This document shows, piece by piece, positions 18,224-27,053 of a stretch of 64,000 bases of DNA (the first letter of the stretch is position 1; the number at the start of each line of letters is the position of its first letter). The translations under genes and the position numbers were made by a program. The notes under the pieces were generated by a model. That model made no database searches, had not been told where the DNA came from, and was given only the letters and a program-made list of their open reading frames with translations. Location of the stretch: the NCBI GenBank assembly GCA_964492965.1, contig CAZBME010000001.1, positions 210,705 to 274,704 on the forward strand, in the 5' to 3' direction. This stretch comes from an uncultured Syntrophaceae bacterium (GTDB lineage: Bacteria; Desulfobacterota; Syntrophia; Syntrophales; UBA8958).

Positions 18224-20011
18224 TTACCGAACAGACGGCCGATAACGGGAATTATCCCAAAAGGGCTGGATTTCCTTCACCCGGGGCTCCGCCTGCAAGG
18301 CTTTAAGAATATGGTCTTCCGTCAATTCTTTCCTGGAAATCTCGATTTTGAGGGTATTGGAATCTGCGTCGAGGAGAATGGTTTTCGGATATCCTTCGAT
18401 ATTGGACCAGGGTTTCCAGCCGGGCAATCCGGAACCCTCCCGGTTGGGACTGCCTGAACGGGCAAATTGAGCCCAATAGTCCATCATCGCATTCGACAGG
18501 GCAACCCGGCCGGGGCTGTTCTTGTCGTTGAAGACCAGCCCTCCGAGAGAAGCTTTTCCCGTTCCGAAGACAAAATCGATTTCCATGGCATGACAGGCGC
18601 CCAACAGGACATTAAAAGGAGGGGCAAGGACGCTCTTTTTCGCGCTGCCTGCCCCCCACAGGAACTGATAGGCATAAATCATAGGTTGATCGGCATTGGA
18701 TCTCAAGATTCCTGCCAACTGGTCGACACCCATGACCTTCCACCCATCGCTTTGATACTGGGCGGCAAGATCGTATAACTCTGCTTTGGCTGGATCTTTG
18801 AAAAGCGATCCGTCGGTTCTCCAGGATGCGAAGAGAGGGTCGTTACGCAGGAAAAGCTTTGCCTCTTCCTTGTTCGTTCCCAGAATGACAGGAACCCTAT
18901 TATACGCCCCCGCTTTCATGGCTTCGTAAAAATCAACAGGCAGAACCTTGCCATCGCTGAAGCTGTTCGGAAACCTGAACATCCCGATCACCGGTCCCTC
19001 GGCATAGAGGGCCAGCAATTCCCGGGCGTGCTTCGCTCTCAGATAATCAGCAACATCTTTACCTGACATTTTCTTCAGTTTGGCCTCAGCCGACTTTTCA
19101 TCGGATGCCATCCCGTCTTTCACGAAAAGTTTCAAAATTAAGCCATTCGCGTGTTGCGCCCCCTGATGAGGCGTCGACATTCGGATAACTCCGCTCTGGG
19201 AAATAGCCTTATGGAAGAGATTCCGGGAGAGAGGCGAGGCCATGAGAGAAATGACATTCTGCGCTCCGGCCGATTCCCCGACGATGGTTACATTTGCAGG
19301 ATCGCCGCCGAAGTTCTTGATGTTGGCCTTCACCCAGGACAAAGCCTGAATCAGATCCAAAAGGGCAAAATTACCTGAATCGCCGTTCTCATCTCCCTTC
19401 ATGCCATTGCGGAGGGAGGGATGACTGAGAAACCCCAATGGTCCCAGACGATAATTGACCGTCACCACAATCATGTTTTGCTTCCCCGCCAGGATGGCGC
19501 CATCCGTGTTGGAAAGCAGGGGCCATTGAATACTGTTTCCGCCACCGTGAATCCAGAAGAAGACGGGCAAATCCACGGCATCCGTTTTAGGACGCCAAAT
19601 ATTCAAATAAAGGCAGTCTTCATTGCCCTGAATCACCTGAGGCGTTGCGGGATTTCGGTCATGATCAATATACTGGGGGCATATCTCGCAAAAACCGGCC
19701 GCTTTAAAAGGAGCAGACCGTTTGTCGGGCGGCTGGGGGGCTCTCCAGCGCAGGTCGCCGACAGGCGCCTTGGCAAAGGGAATCCCTTTCCAGGAAAGGG
19801 TATGGGTTGCACTTTGCTCCTCACCTACAACATCGCCTTCCGTGGTCTGACGCACCGCAAGCAGTGACTCGGCGGCTTTTGTCTTTTCCTGGGCCCAAAC
19901 ATCCGTACCGTGAAAAGCTGCGATGTTGGGCAAAAGCACAAGCACAACCAAAACCAACCATAGAATCTTTTTCACCTGACGCATCTCATTGTATTTCTCT
20001 TTTTTCCTCAT
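18224..20011 (-). CDS. secreted type-B carboxylesterase/lipase (cholinesterase-like alpha/beta hydrolase)
   Basis: An N-terminal signal/TM segment is followed by the oxyanion region FWIHGGGNSIQ, the nucleophile elbow GESAGA, and a family-typical N-terminus (WKGIPFAKAPVGDLRW). Confidence 0.88.
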   Translation of the reverse strand: MRKKEKYNEMRQVKKILWLVLVVLVLLPNIAAFHGTDVWAQEKTKAAESLLAVRQTTEGDVVGEEQSATHTLSWKGIPFAKAPVGDLRWRAPQPPDKRSAPFKAAGFCEICPQYIDHDRNPATPQVIQGNEDCLYLNIWRPKTDAVDLPVFFWIHGGGNSIQWPLLSNTDGAILAGKQNMIVVTVNYRLGPLGFLSHPSLRNGMKGDENGDSGNFALLDLIQALSWVKANIKNFGGDPANVTIVGESAGAQNVISLMASPLSRNLFHKAISQSGVIRMSTPHQGAQHANGLILKLFVKDGMASDEKSAEAKLKKMSGKDVADYLRAKHARELLALYAEGPVIGMFRFPNSFSDGKVLPVDFYEAMKAGAYNRVPVILGTNKEEAKLFLRNDPLFASWRTDGSLFKDPAKAELYDLAAQYQSDGWKVMGVDQLAGILRSNADQPMIYAYQFLWGAGSAKKSVLAPPFNVLLGACHAMEIDFVFGTGKASLGGLVFNDKNSPGRVALSNAMMDYWAQFARSGSPNREGSGLPGWKPWSNIEGYPKTILLDADSNTLKIEISRKELTEDHILKALQAEPRVKEIQPFWDNSRYRPSVR

Positions 20012-20140
20012 CGGCTGCCAGTCTCCTTTATAAGTTTCACCATTAATGATATCGTATGATTAGAAACGTCAATAACAAAATATACACGTAAAATACAGGA
20101 TTATTCATCCATGGTTGAAAGCGGCGGGATGAGAACAAGA

Positions 20141-21052
20141 TTAATGGCCGACAACTGCGTTTACCCCCAGACCTTCAACAATGCCTTTTAATAACTGCAA
20201 TCGATCATCATCAGGCGCCTTGGCATCGGGCAGAAGATCGGGCCGTCCCAATTGTTTGTTTTTTGATCTTCCTCCTTCGTGATAGGGAAGGAAGGAAATC
20301 CTTTGTACTCCCAGATCCTTCCCGAAAAAGGCAATTTTCTTGATATGATCTTCAGAATCATTGAGCCCGGCAATAAGGGGAATACGAAGCCAAACGGGGG
20401 TTTTTTGCGCGGCCCTTTTCAGGTTACTCAAAATGACATCATGCCTCACGCCGGTGGTTCTTTCATGTTCGCCTGCATCAAGGTGCTTCAGATCGAAAAG
20501 GAGCAGATCAACCCAGGGCAGGAGGGCCTCCAGCGCCTTCCAAGAACCGTAACCGGATGTATCGAGAGCCGTGTACAATCCCTCATTTTTGCACTGCACC
20601 AACAGGTTACGGACAAACCGGCCCTGAGACAATGCCTCCCCTCCGGATATCGTCACACCGCCACCGGAGTTTTTATAAAAGATCCGGTCCTTAAGAACCT
20701 CCTCCAAAACCTCGGCAAGTGTCATCCCCTTCCCGCAGACGATCAGCGAACCATAGAGACAGGCGGGAACGCAGAGCATACAAAGATTGCATCGGCTGCG
20801 ATCGATGATTCGCCCTTTATCTCTTGAGAGGGTAATGGCCTTGTTGAGACAAGCGGCGACACAGGCACCGCAACCACTGCATAGGACATCCCTTGCCAAC
20901 AGGTCCGGGGAAAACCCCTGCGATTCGGGATTGGAACACCACAAACAACGCAGAGGACAACCTTTCATAAACACGGTGGTCCGAATCCCCGGCCCGTCGT
21001 GGACGCTGAAACGCTGAATATTGAAGATGAGGCCTGAGGCTTCGTCGTTCAT
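20141..21052 (-). CDS. glycyl-radical enzyme activating enzyme (radical SAM with a ferredoxin-like insert)
   Basis: The radical-SAM cluster motif is FSVHDGPGIRTTVFMKGCPLRCLWCSNPE (CX3CX2C). Two extra Cys clusters (CSGCGACVAAC and CNLCMLCVPAC) are typical of PFL2-class activases. Its start lies 4 nt from the GRE stop. Confidence 0.93.
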   Translation of the reverse strand: MNDEASGLIFNIQRFSVHDGPGIRTTVFMKGCPLRCLWCSNPESQGFSPDLLARDVLCSGCGACVAACLNKAITLSRDKGRIIDRSRCNLCMLCVPACLYGSLIVCGKGMTLAEVLEEVLKDRIFYKNSGGGVTISGGEALSQGRFVRNLLVQCKNEGLYTALDTSGYGSWKALEALLPWVDLLLFDLKHLDAGEHERTTGVRHDVILSNLKRAAQKTPVWLRIPLIAGLNDSEDHIKKIAFFGKDLGVQRISFLPYHEGGRSKNKQLGRPDLLPDAKAPDDDRLQLLKGIVEGLGVNAVVGH

Positions 21053-21055
21053 AGA

Positions 21056-23455
21056 TTATGTAAGGCTCTGCTCCGTTCTGGCGATAATATGGTCCTGGAG
21101 GCCCCGGGATAGATCGACGAAATAGGCGCTGAACCCGGCAACACGAACGATCATCTCGGCATACTTCTCTGGGTAGGTCTGGGCGGCGACCAAGGCCTTT
21201 TTATCGACAACATTGAACTGGATGTGGGGAACATTCAATTCCTTCCAGGATTTGAGGTAACCGATAAACGCCGGCCGAAAATCCGGTTCCAGGAACTTGG
21301 GAAGAAACTTCTGGTTCAGGAGGTGGTTATAAGTCTCCAGAGCCGTGATCTTAGCGCAGGATTTGAGGACTGCCGTGGGCCCTTTTTTATCCATCCCCGG
21401 TGAGGGCGCCAGGGTCGAGTCGGCAAAGGGCTCTCCATCCATACGGCCGTCCGGCGTGGCCGGGGTGTCGATGGCCAGTCCGTAAGTGGCGGAAACGGCG
21501 CTCCCGTCGCCCCGATTGGAAAAGCCATAGCGGTCTTTCACCGTTTCCATGACCGCCTCGCCCAAACGGTGGACTTCCTTGGCGACAAGATCGGCATAAT
21601 CGTCGTCGTTACCGAATTTTGGGGCGTTCAGACAGGCCCGGCGGATATCCTCCCGGCCTTCCCAGTTATTATCCATGATCCGGATCAATTCGGGAAGGGT
21701 AACCAGACCATCGTCGAAGACAACCTTCCGGAGCGCCGTTATGGCGTCGGCCACATTGGTCCCGCCGATGACCTGGGCAAAATGATGGATCATGGAGGGA
21801 TAGACCCACTTTCGGGCCTCTTGCCCCTTTTCGATACAACCTTCGACGACGGCGGAGTAAAAAGGCCGTGGGCAGTACTTGGCATACAACTCCAGGTTGA
21901 TCCTCTCCAATTGTTCAATCTTGTTTGTGAAGAATTGAACCTGCTCCAGATAGGACTGAAGGACATCCTCCCATGATTTGAATGTCGCCGGATCGGGTGT
22001 TCTGGCCCCCCGCTGTTCTCCCGTCTTGGGATTGACACCCTGATGGAGAGCCCACCAGAGGCATTTCGGGAGGACAAAATAACCTACGGAACGACGCATC
22101 ATATTTTTCCCGGGGATTTCGATATAGACACAGCCTGTGACGGCATAATCTTTCGCATCTTCCGGTGGCACCCCCCAACGATCCAGAAGGGGAAGGAGGG
22201 CTTCATCATTGAAGAGGGAGGGATAGCCCACGCCGGTTTTGATGACATCGGCAGCCTTCTCATAGACGCCCTCAGGCGTTCCCTCATGGATTCGCAAGCA
22301 GATGCTGGGTTCAATGAGCTGCAACTGTTTGGCTGCCTCCAGGGCGAGGTAGGTGAGATCGTTCGTCACGTCCCGACCATCTTTGTCAGTACCCCCGATG
22401 GTGACCGCCTGCAGGGAAGCCACACCGCCATAGACGGAACTCACCGTCGGCGAATAGACCAGCCCGAGTTCGTTGAGCTTGATCCAGAGGAGTTGGAGGA
22501 TGTCCAGGGCTTCTTCTTTTGTGATCCGCCCTTCTGCCAGATCCTTTTCATAATAGGGTCCGAAGATATGGTCGATACGGATGCCGACGCCTAATGTCGA
22601 GTATTCGAGATAGCGAATCAAGTGTATGAAAAAGAAAAACTGCACCGCTTCGGCGAAAGTCCTTGGCGGATTTTCGGGAACCCAGGCGCAGATACGGGCA
22701 ATCTCTTCCAATTCCGCGATTCTCGCCGGACGGGTTTCTTGTTTGGCTAGATTTCGGGCCAGTTCGGCGTAACGCCCGGCAAAACGGATGACTGCCTCCA
22801 GGGCGATGATCATGGCGTCGTAAAATTCCCGCTGTTCCACATAGTCGATGGGGATGGTCCCGTCGATCTCCTGAAGCCTCGCACGGACGGACTGAATCCG
22901 GCCCTTTAAACCTGTTTGAAAGAGGGTCTCGTAATCGGGGATGCCCAGTTCGGAGAGTTGGCTCCACAGATAGGTGCCTTCATAGGTCCAATAGGGCGAG
23001 AGGTCTTGCGGGAGGATCTCCTGGTGACGGTCGCTCATGGACTTCCCCTTCCAGTAGGCACAAAGTTCATCCAGTTCTCTGCGGCCGTCCTCATCCAGAA
23101 GCGTCTTCCCCGCCTCGCTGTTCACCAGCCTCAAAACCGATTTCCAGTTTTGATCAATGGGATGATAAATGCCGTTGGGATCAGATGTTTGATACCCCAC
23201 AATCCGCTCATGATCCCGGATAAAAATATCCATCTTATCCAAGAGATTGGCCAGGGCCTTGGCCCTGCGGACGACCATGGACTGTCCGTCCGTTTCCTTG
23301 AACGATTCCGTCATCAACCGGGACCGCTGCAAATCCAGCCTGATTTCCGACCGGTACATTCCCCGTTTCGACTCATCATCGGCGTAGCCCCGCTTGATAT
23401 TGCGAACAGCCTTGCTGATGACCTTTTTTCTTAGCCCTTCGGCTTTTGCTGTCAT
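21056..23455 (-). CDS. glycyl radical enzyme (PFL2 / dehydratase-like class by length and C-terminus); substrate unknown
   Basis: The 799-aa protein has the C-terminal glycyl-radical fingerprint MIVRVAGFSAYFVDL (Gly774 codon at 21134-21136). The Cys loop AVTGCVYIEIPG has its Cys442 codon at 22130-22132. No small-subunit genes are adjacent. Confidence 0.92.
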   Translation of the reverse strand: MTAKAEGLRKKVISKAVRNIKRGYADDESKRGMYRSEIRLDLQRSRLMTESFKETDGQSMVVRRAKALANLLDKMDIFIRDHERIVGYQTSDPNGIYHPIDQNWKSVLRLVNSEAGKTLLDEDGRRELDELCAYWKGKSMSDRHQEILPQDLSPYWTYEGTYLWSQLSELGIPDYETLFQTGLKGRIQSVRARLQEIDGTIPIDYVEQREFYDAMIIALEAVIRFAGRYAELARNLAKQETRPARIAELEEIARICAWVPENPPRTFAEAVQFFFFIHLIRYLEYSTLGVGIRIDHIFGPYYEKDLAEGRITKEEALDILQLLWIKLNELGLVYSPTVSSVYGGVASLQAVTIGGTDKDGRDVTNDLTYLALEAAKQLQLIEPSICLRIHEGTPEGVYEKAADVIKTGVGYPSLFNDEALLPLLDRWGVPPEDAKDYAVTGCVYIEIPGKNMMRRSVGYFVLPKCLWWALHQGVNPKTGEQRGARTPDPATFKSWEDVLQSYLEQVQFFTNKIEQLERINLELYAKYCPRPFYSAVVEGCIEKGQEARKWVYPSMIHHFAQVIGGTNVADAITALRKVVFDDGLVTLPELIRIMDNNWEGREDIRRACLNAPKFGNDDDYADLVAKEVHRLGEAVMETVKDRYGFSNRGDGSAVSATYGLAIDTPATPDGRMDGEPFADSTLAPSPGMDKKGPTAVLKSCAKITALETYNHLLNQKFLPKFLEPDFRPAFIGYLKSWKELNVPHIQFNVVDKKALVAAQTYPEKYAEMIVRVAGFSAYFVDLSRGLQDHIIARTEQSLT

Positions 23456-23491
23456 ATCATCCCCTTTTTTCTATCGTTGAGTGAAGATTCG

Positions 23492-24259
23492 TCAGAAACG
23501 GATCCCCTGACCGCCTCCGATAACCATCTCCTTGCCCGTCATGAATGATGCCGCATCCGAGCAGAGCCACAAAACGGCCCCGGCAATCTCTTCGGGCTTG
23601 CCGAAACGTCTCAAGGGCACTGTGGCGATAATCGCATCTTTCATTTGAGGGCTCTCCGTACATAACGCCTCCACCATAGGCGTCTGTACAAACCCCGGAC
23701 AGACGGCGTTGACACGAATGTTCCGATGGGCGGTCTCGAGGGCGGCCGCCTTCGTGAGGCCCAAAACGGCATGCTTGCTGGCGGCGTAGAGGCTCATTCC
23801 TTCTTCGCTGCGGATGCCGGCCATCGACGAGCAGTTGACGACAGCCCCGCCGCCCTGCTTCACCATCATGGGGATTTCATACTTCAGGCAGAGCCAGACG
23901 CTTCTGAGGTTGGTGTCCATGATCGTGTTCCATTCGTCCATGGTCGTATTGGCAAGCCGTCGGACGGAAGCCCCGACGCCGGCATTGTTGAAGGCGCAGT
24001 CCAACCTGCCGTATCGTTCGGCAATCGCTTTGAAAAGGTTTTCAATATCGCCGGGCAGTGCAACATCGGTTTTGATGAAAATCGCCTCTCCCCCATTATC
24101 TTCTATTTCTTTCACGACTTCAACACCAAGTTTCTCCCGGCGAGCCGCAATGACGACCTTCGCGCCTTCCCGGGCAAAAGCCAGAGCGGCCGCACGGCCT
24201 ATCCCGGAATTCCCTCCAGTCACCAGTGCAACCATGTCCTGAAATCTTTTTGTGTTCAA
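23492..24259 (-). CDS. classical short-chain dehydrogenase/reductase, paralog B
   Basis: VTGGNSGIGRA, NNAG and S...YAASK are present. I place the start at the TTG at 24259, 6 nt after AAAGGAGG. The track start at 24280 lies inside or upstream of that SD. Confidence 0.88.
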   Translation of the reverse strand: MNTKRFQDMVALVTGGNSGIGRAAALAFAREGAKVVIAARREKLGVEVVKEIEDNGGEAIFIKTDVALPGDIENLFKAIAERYGRLDCAFNNAGVGASVRRLANTTMDEWNTIMDTNLRSVWLCLKYEIPMMVKQGGGAVVNCSSMAGIRSEEGMSLYAASKHAVLGLTKAAALETAHRNIRVNAVCPGFVQTPMVEALCTESPQMKDAIIATVPLRRFGKPEEIAGAVLWLCSDAASFMTGKEMVIGGGQGIRF

Positions 24260-24282
24260 TTTGCGCCTCCTTTGTTCCAATA

Positions 24283-25047
24283 TTAAATCGTGTAGCCCCC
24301 GTCTATGGCAATCTCCTTGCCGATCATAAAGGCGGCCTCATCCGAGCAGAGCCAGAGCACCGCACCGGCAATCTCGTCCGGAGAGCCGATCCGCTTCATG
24401 GCCGTACCGTTTTTCAGCATGCCCAGCATGGTGGGCACGAACGGCACCGCGCTTTCGATCATTTCCGTCATGATCGGACCGGGACAAACGGCATTGATCC
24501 GGATATTTTTCCGGGCGTACTCGAGGGCCGCCGTTTTTGTCAGACCCAGGATGCCATGCTTGCTGGCACAATAATGGGTAAGACCGTATTCGCCCGAAAA
24601 ACCGAGGATAGAGGCCGTGTTCACGATGATCCCTCCCCCCTGCTTCAGCATCTGCGCGATTTCCTGTTTCATGCACAGCCAGATGCCACGCATATTGGTC
24701 TCCATGACCAGGTTCCATTCGTCCAATGTGGTCTTGGCGGCGGTGGGAATATGGGGCAGAGATGCGCCGGCATTGTTGAAAGCGATGTCCAAACGTCCAT
24801 ACATTTCAAGGATTGTTTTAAAGAGATGATCGATTTCTTCGGGTTTGCGGACGTCCGTCCTGACAAAGGCCGCTTCACCCCCACTATTTCTAATTTCTTC
24901 GACAACCTCGTTTCCAAGGTTTTCCCGGCGTCCCGCAATGACGACCTTCGCCCCTTCCCGCCCGAAGGCTAAAGCCGCGGCTCGCCCGATTCCCGAAGTG
25001 CCACCCGTGACCAGAGCCACTTTGGCTAAAAACATTTTAATGTCCAA
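24283..25047 (-). CDS. classical short-chain dehydrogenase/reductase, paralog A
   Basis: VTGGTSGIGRA, NNAG and S...YCASK are present. The track ORF runs to 25182 but crosses an intergenic repeat. A plausible start is the TTG at 25047 after AAGGAGAAG, or the ATG at 25035. Confidence 0.85.
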   Translation of the reverse strand: MDIKMFLAKVALVTGGTSGIGRAAALAFGREGAKVVIAGRRENLGNEVVEEIRNSGGEAAFVRTDVRKPEEIDHLFKTILEMYGRLDIAFNNAGASLPHIPTAAKTTLDEWNLVMETNMRGIWLCMKQEIAQMLKQGGGIIVNTASILGFSGEYGLTHYCASKHGILGLTKTAALEYARKNIRINAVCPGPIMTEMIESAVPFVPTMLGMLKNGTAMKRIGSPDEIAGAVLWLCSDEAAFMIGKEIAIDGGYTI

Positions 25048-25087
25048 TATCCATCTTCTCCTTTCTTCAAATACTGCAAAAGCCCTC

Positions 25088-25140
25088 GTTCCCCTCCCCC
25101 CTAAAAAGAGGAGTTCAAAATAGAGGTTTGGGAAACAAAG
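25088..25140. repeat. intergenic repeat, copy A (polypyrimidine/polypurine element)
   Basis: The plus strand reads GTTCCCCTCCCCCCTAAAAAGAGGAGTTCAAAATAGAGGTTTGGGAAACAAAG. It aligns by eye with copy B at 26979-27035. Confidence 0.55.
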
Positions 25141-25199
25141 GGCATTTTCCTCGCAGACCGCAGAAGAGAACGTCTTCCTCAAGCCATAAAGTCAACTTC

Positions 25200-25577
25200 C
25201 TATTTTATCTTTTTACCTTCCCAGGTACCTTTTGCCTTGCCCGCAAAATCAACGGTGCCGGACATTTTCTTGGGGTCAATCACTTTACCCGTGTATATAG
25301 CCGGTCCTGCTTTGGGATCCGTCGTAAACTGGAAGGTAATATCGTTGCCCTTAAGAGTCCCTGTTAAGGGCGCTTCCCCGATAGAACCGGCATATTGTCC
25401 CGTCAATTTTTCTCCTTCCTGCTTGAATGTCACGACAGGATTGCCGCTGCCTTTGGGGGTAACAACGGTGAAAAACCACTTACCGGTAATATTCGGGCCC
25501 TGTGCCTGAACCAATGTTGCTGATGCTGCCAAACCCATAACGACCAAACACACAACGACCACACTAAATCTTTTCAT
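25200..25577 (-). CDS. small secreted beta-rich protein; function unknown
   Basis: The signal peptide is MKRFSVVVVCLVVMGLAASATLVQAQG. Repeated G-K-W/LTG-x-F beta-strand-like motifs follow. I moved the start to the ATG at 25577, 6 nt after AAGGAG. Confidence 0.7.
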   Translation of the reverse strand: MKRFSVVVVCLVVMGLAASATLVQAQGPNITGKWFFTVVTPKGSGNPVVTFKQEGEKLTGQYAGSIGEAPLTGTLKGNDITFQFTTDPKAGPAIYTGKVIDPKKMSGTVDFAGKAKGTWEGKKIK

Positions 25578-25590
25578 AAGCATCTCCTTC

Positions 25591-25630
25591 ATATTTTATT
25601 GTCTGATTTTATTGTCTTGATTTTATCTTA
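25591..25630. repeat. three imperfect tandem copies of ATTTTATTGTCTG in a 35-nt intercistronic gap
   Basis: The sequence ATATTTTATTGTCTG ATTTTATTGTCTTG ATTTTATCTTA lies between the MFS stop and the start of the small secreted protein. Confidence 0.5.
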
Positions 25631-26893
25631 TATATGGCCCTTTGATTCCTTCAGCATGAGGATGGCAATCATCGCAATGAGATAGAATACCGAGATAGCT
25701 GTCATAACCGTCGTCAACCCCAGTTGCGAAGCCGCTGCGCCCATGGCGAGCGGGACGATTGTAGAGATCAGACGTCCTGTCGAGAATCCGGCAGCAACAC
25801 CCACCGCACGGATATGGGTGGGAAATTGTTCAACCAGATAAGCGGCCAGAATAGCCCAGATGGCCGACGCGACAAACCAGTTTGCACCTCCGCATAAGAA
25901 GAATATTCTGTCGTCTTCCCACTCAAATCCAAGCCACACATAAAACGTGACTGCCGAAAGAAACGCAAAGGCGGCCATTGAAACGCGCTTGCCGAATTTA
26001 TGGGCGCAAATGCCGCCCATCAGATAAGCGGCAGCGGCGGCAAACTGCAAAACCATCAGGAACGTGGAATATACTTTCGGGCTCAGGCCTCTTTCCCTGG
26101 CCAGAACCGTGGGAAGGAACGTGTTAACTGACCAGTAAGTGATCATCATCGACGTGCATAGAACAACAACCCACAAAAACGATCGAATGTTATCGCTTTT
26201 AAAAAGATCACCCATGCCAACCTCAGCCACAGGAACGCCGGCAGCGATGCCCTTTTTCTTGTCCGCCTGAAGTTGCATCCACATGGGCGATTCCGGAATG
26301 GCAACCTGGATGTAAATGGCAAGAAAAACAGCCGTTGCGCCGGCAAAATAAAGAATCGGCCAGCCAAAATAGGGGGTAAGAAAATAAGAGATTAAAATAG
26401 TGAGACCGTAACCGATCGGCCAACCAAACATCATGTAGGAGCTTATTTTAGCCCGCCTTGCAGGCTCCGTGAATTCCTGTAAAAGCGTGCCGGCCAGGGC
26501 CCATTCCGCGCCAAGCCCCAAACCCGCAAGGAATCGCAGAATTGACAGCTGGATGTAGTCTTGACAAAAACCGGCAAGACCTGTGGTAATGCCAAAGAAG
26601 GCAATACACCAGACCAACGCCGTTTTCCGGCCGAACTTGTCGGCGATGGGGCCAAAGATATAGCCGCCGAAACTCATGCCCAGCAGCATGCATGTGCCGA
26701 TAACACCAAGTTGCAGAATCGTGAGTGTCGGCCACGCATTTAATAACAAAGGCGCCGCAAGTGCAAAAACCATAATATCCATGCCGTCAAAGGCGTAACC
26801 GGCGATTGAAATCGCCAACACCTTCCCCCTGTACTTGGCGGCATCAACAATCCCACCTCCCACAGTTCCATTTCCCGCTACTGCAACTGACAT
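25628..26893 (-). CDS. MFS transporter
   Basis: The 421-aa protein has about 12 TM segments and the MFS loop motif GPIADKFGRKTAL. GAAGGAGG SD precedes the start. Confidence 0.88.
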   Translation of the reverse strand: MSVAVAGNGTVGGGIVDAAKYRGKVLAISIAGYAFDGMDIMVFALAAPLLLNAWPTLTILQLGVIGTCMLLGMSFGGYIFGPIADKFGRKTALVWCIAFFGITTGLAGFCQDYIQLSILRFLAGLGLGAEWALAGTLLQEFTEPARRAKISSYMMFGWPIGYGLTILISYFLTPYFGWPILYFAGATAVFLAIYIQVAIPESPMWMQLQADKKKGIAAGVPVAEVGMGDLFKSDNIRSFLWVVVLCTSMMITYWSVNTFLPTVLARERGLSPKVYSTFLMVLQFAAAAAYLMGGICAHKFGKRVSMAAFAFLSAVTFYVWLGFEWEDDRIFFLCGGANWFVASAIWAILAAYLVEQFPTHIRAVGVAAGFSTGRLISTIVPLAMGAAASQLGLTTVMTAISVFYLIAMIAILMLKESKGHI

Positions 26894-26978
26894 CTACTTT
26901 CCTCCTTCAATGAATTTATTACTACCATTATGACGCATACCGCTCTCGCAGCATTATAAGTGCTCAAAGCTTGAGTGG

Positions 26979-27035
26979 AATTCCCCACCCTCCAAAAAGA
27001 GGGGGTAAAACAGAGGGTGAGGAACCCAGACAAAA
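26979..27035. repeat. intergenic repeat, copy B
   Basis: The plus strand reads AATTCCCCACCCTCCAAAAAGAGGGGGTAAAACAGAGGGTGAGGAACCCAGACAAAAG. It shares the core with copy A: CCCC..CC.AAAAAGAGG.G.T.AAAA.AGAGG.T..GG.AA.C. Confidence 0.55.
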
Positions 27036-27053
27036 GCGCTTGATTGCGTTTCC

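Noticed and set aside
24283-25182. Several track ORFs carry N-terminal extensions. Examples are SDR to 25182, hbd to 36709, permease from 40197, CoA-transferase from 41689, crotonase from 46128, EBP from 30851, thiolase to 35618 and RR from 60065.
   Set aside because: The extensions lack an SD, cross intergenic repeats or promoters, or precede family-typical N-termini (for example the Rossmann GxGxxG). Those N-termini begin at an internal start with a strong SD. I trimmed the coordinates accordingly.
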